A stretch of 64,000 nucleotides of DNA from Trichoplax sp. H2 (lineage: Eukaryota). The DNA is taken from contig NOWV01000156.1 of assembly GCA_003344405.1 (NCBI GenBank), positions 1 through 64,000 on the forward strand, read 5' to 3'. The notes beneath the pieces were generated by a model. The model did no database searches. It was not told the origin of the DNA and saw only the letters and a list, made by a program, of their open reading frames with translations. The translations under genes were made by a program, and so were the position numbers. Positions 60,486-64,000 of the stretch are shown here, piece by piece; within the stretch, counting starts at the first letter, position 1, and the number at the start of each line of letters is the position of its first letter.

Positions 60486-63400
60486 TCAATATCGACAGTT
60501 TCGAATTTGAGTCATCAACTGACAAAATATTGACGTAAAGTCTTTGATACTGTACTCGTTGATTTGATATTCTTTCGCGTAATAAAAGTATAATAGATCT
60601 TGGTATGCTTTTATAGCTACTTTTCGGGAATCATGCAATATCTTCATTTCTTTCTCAGCTGAATTTCAATTGAAGATAATAATAACAAGTTGATTATTTA
60701 GGTTAATAGTATGAAATTATACTTAACCAGTAATGAAATTTGAGCTACAAATATGCTGTTACAGTCACTTAAATTATACGGTATAATACTTGCTAATAAC
60801 TATAACATTTACTTTATTAGCTCTTATATTTTTTAATATCGCTAACCTCTTTTAATAAACTTGTGCAACTGATTATGAACAGGAGAGGAAGAGGAAATCT
60901 CAGATAGAATATGCTTAGCCCCTTGCTCGCAATCTGTGTAAAAAACTTTATTTTATTGGTGAATTCTTTATTTTTTATAATTTACTATCTCGAAGTTTTA
61001 AATTAAAAGATATCTTACCTTTAAATTCTGTATCTAATTTATTTAGTAACTCATTAATGACATCGAAATCTAACTGAGACGCTTTCGATAGCAGATTTAT
61101 ATCTGGTAATGACAACTGAAATTCCTGAAATAAAATGATATACTGACATTATCGAGATACTTCAAAATTAAAATTTCTAAATTTACGAAGCAGTAATCGA
61201 TATTCTAACTCTCTGAAATAATAGCTCCTATACGTTGCCAATAATTATAATATAACGCACTAATAAGACTCAAATGAAAGCAGAGTCATTGTGTAAGCAT
61301 CTGTGTTATCTAGGTCCATGATGTGTAACTCAAATGCCGCTCATCGTTGACATTCATTACTGATGCATGCTTAGGTATTGAAAACTAAGTAAATTACTAT
61401 TTAAACACTCAGGTAGTACTTAAATAATTAGAAATATTTTACATATTTAAATAGCATGCCTTATCGAGATGTTGTCTACACCAAAGCACTAAAAAGGCTA
61501 ATAAATTTGACTTCCCATCCTGAAATTGGACATATGACTTATCAACAAGGCAACTATAAATAACATTTGCGAAATAGATACTGAAAAAATAATACACGTA
61601 TGTTAAATTACAGCTAATATAGTATTCATTAAATTGAATTGGATTTAGTAATACATTTAAATGTTTAAAATATCATAGATGTATACGACGCAAAATGATC
61701 TAACATACGTAGACCAATAATCGCAAAATTTCGATTTAGGAAAAATTAAGATTGATAGCAGAAAAGTTTTTAATTTTCGAATACTCCAGTTTTACTGTTA
61801 CACCTTATTTACGCAAGAATTGACCTTCTAAAGAGACCATTCCATACAATCATCATTTATCTATCGCTTATGAATATCTTCAATAGAAAGAGCCAAAATA
61901 CTATTTTATTGACAAATGATCTACCTGACTACGGATATCCTTCAACTTGGTTAAAATTACAACATCAAAACCATCTGCATTTCCTCTTTGTAAATTGCCT
62001 GCTCAAGGAAATGATTAAAATTTACGGTGTGTCTATTTTAATTATCTCCATAGTTTAATTTCATTTTTTCAGTACTGTATATGGATCAATTTATATATAA
62101 TACTTTCTTACTTTTAGGCTAGAGTAATTGCTAGCATGATCTATTTCATTTTGTTTCTCTACGGTACTAATTAAAAGCTGCTAGCAGACGTTTTGCTACA
62201 GTACATGATTAAGAATAACTTTCATAGCCAGATATATATTCTTTGTCTCGAAAAAATTATTCGAATTTATATGGTTTGCATATTATTTTAAGTGTTAGCT
62301 ACCTAAATTCATGCGATTTCCAATAGTTCTTACAACAGACAATAATTTCCGAAGACCAAGACTTTCACGTAATTCCTAGAAAGTAATCAAAGTTTCAATA
62401 TGAAATAAACAATTTTATTGCTTAATTTCTTCGCTTTTGAAATTATTGCACTATCATAATCTTTTTGTCTGTAAGTCTAAGTATACTGCAAACCTTGCAC
62501 ACACTCTGGCAAAGTTTCAACATTTCCTTAATCATCGTTAAGTTGTCATCAAAGCTTGTAGCATAACATATATAAGCAAGCCGCTCGTTGAGAAATGGAA
62601 TTTCAGACAATTTCATGATAAATCTGCATAATAAAATAGGGAATTATTAGCACCTAAAATTTTCTAAACGGTGAATTATAATTCCGGTATTAATAAATAT
62701 TTATTGTGACAATAACTGGTTGTACAGTATAATTAGTAAATAAAGACAGCCATCTCCGTGGATGATATTAATATACACGCATCGCTATTAGAAGTTTATA
62801 TTAGTATGTTGATATTTCTTTTACTCTTCTGGTTCATCTAGCGGTTGTTGCGGCGATTTTTTCATATGTTGTTTAATTTTATTGATTTCTTCTAATGTTG
62901 GACGCTGAAGTAGACAAATATTGATAAAATATACCATAAAGTATTGCTGTTTGCTTACGATTCTCTAACTTACCAATCGGTATAGTGTCTGATACAGATC
63001 TTCGGGTAAAATGTTAATGTTGAGATTCAAAATCGCTGTTCACAGCAGAAAATGATCATTATATCAAAATGATGGTAGTTGAAACGGTTTGACCTTAAGA
63101 TTTAGCATATGTGAAAAATTTCAGAATTTAAAATGTACAAGTTCACTATATCATAGAGAAACACATTTGATGTTTGATTATCTTAAAGAGTGCCGGATTA
63201 CAACATCCTGGTATGATAAGATTTATTACCAGTTACGGTATATCTTGACGAGAATTTTAGGAATAAAGGCTTAATAGGTGACATGAAATTCGGGATTGCT
63301 TGTAAGATTTGTAGCTACATTAACGGAATATAGTAGACTGTAGGTACTTTATAAGCTTACAATTGAATATCTACACTCTATCGAAATAATTGAATAATAC

Positions 63401-64000
63401 CGGCATCTGTTAACTCACTCACATTCGTTCAGATGATTATGATTAAGATTTTACTTTTAAATGTATCATAGGGGTAAAAGAGAGGCTTTAATTTCGGAAT
63501 AGCATTCACCTTAACACCACACTGCATGTCTCTTACAGAGCTTAAACTTCTATCAACACCTCTAGATCTAAGTGACTAGAATGTAATTAGATTACCTCTA
63601 TTAAATACCTTGCCTAATTTCAGCGAGACTATAGCGTAATGTCTTCATAAATATTCCGATAGATTGCGATCTTTTATGGTCAAGATACTTTGCTCTTGAC
63701 TAAACAGATCAATAAAATGATAATTCCGATATAATTTTATAAAAGATAGATAATTTAATAAAACTTGATTAGCAGCTAATAAAGGCAATTTTACAGCTTG
63801 AAATTATTTATATTTCTCGACTAGGTCCATTAAGTCCATTATTATTTTATTATACATCTTACATAAGAAATGAAACTTTTAGTAGATTGAACCTATCTAT
63901 TTCTGACCGGTTTTATAGGTTGTCGATTTATCTTTCTGGTTTTACTTAAAGGTTTAGTCCGTGATGGGAATAGAATACACAATTCTGTATCATCTACTGT
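60486..64000 (-). CDS. Formin (FH2 domain), FMN/Cappuccino-like; last 11 exons, 5' part beyond the right window edge
   Basis: Exons (minus) 64000-63908, 63699-63609, 63035-62974, 62904-62825, 62623-62494, 62375-62303, 61998-61925, 61519-61460, 61124-61019, 60933-60847, 60658-60486. They splice in frame to ...YLDHKRSQSIGIFMKTL...AILNL...RPTLEEI...PLDEPEEFIMKLSEIPFLNERL...TIGNRMNLGNLQRGNADGFDVVILTKLKDIRSQDGKSNLLAFLV...LPDINLLSKASQLDF...RNCRY*. Confidence 0.9.

Noticed and set aside
62821-62904. Apparent terminal exon ending PLDEPEE-stop
   Set aside because: The TAA overlaps a GT donor (GA|gtaa), and the FH2 domain continues in the next exon at 62623.

Overview
AT-rich eukaryotic genomic DNA with short spliceosomal introns and three 20-N scaffold gaps. 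Gene content and style suggest an early-branching animal, most plausibly a placozoan such as Trichoplax (inference). I reconstructed these genes by hand from splice sites. (1) Three intronless copies of a membrane-anchored HEXD/HEXDC-like GH20 protein: one complete and two cut by the window edge or a gap. The copies show replaced active-site motifs and a gene-converted core. (2) A 10-exon IRAK/Pelle-like pseudokinase with no death domain. (3) A 5-exon MADF(-BESS-like) transcription factor embedded in degenerate tandem arrays. (4) An 8-exon glycoprotein-hormone-receptor-like LGR. (5) A 7-exon PCMT1. (6) Two intronless, head-to-head ADAM10/17-like metalloproteases about 18.5 kb apart. (7) The 3' 11 exons of an FMN/Cappuccino-type formin that the ORF track misses entirely. 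Non-coding highlights are a ~200 bp CRE-bearing foldback in the HEXD/PCMT1 bidirectional promoter and a perfect 67 bp palindrome. Mixed-orientation TACTG/CAGTA tracts appear to be inserted de novo into other repeats, and a probable uncollapsed-haplotype duplication flanks two gaps. No tRNA, rRNA, CRISPR array or intact transposase was recognised. All gene models are manual and unverified by transcript data.
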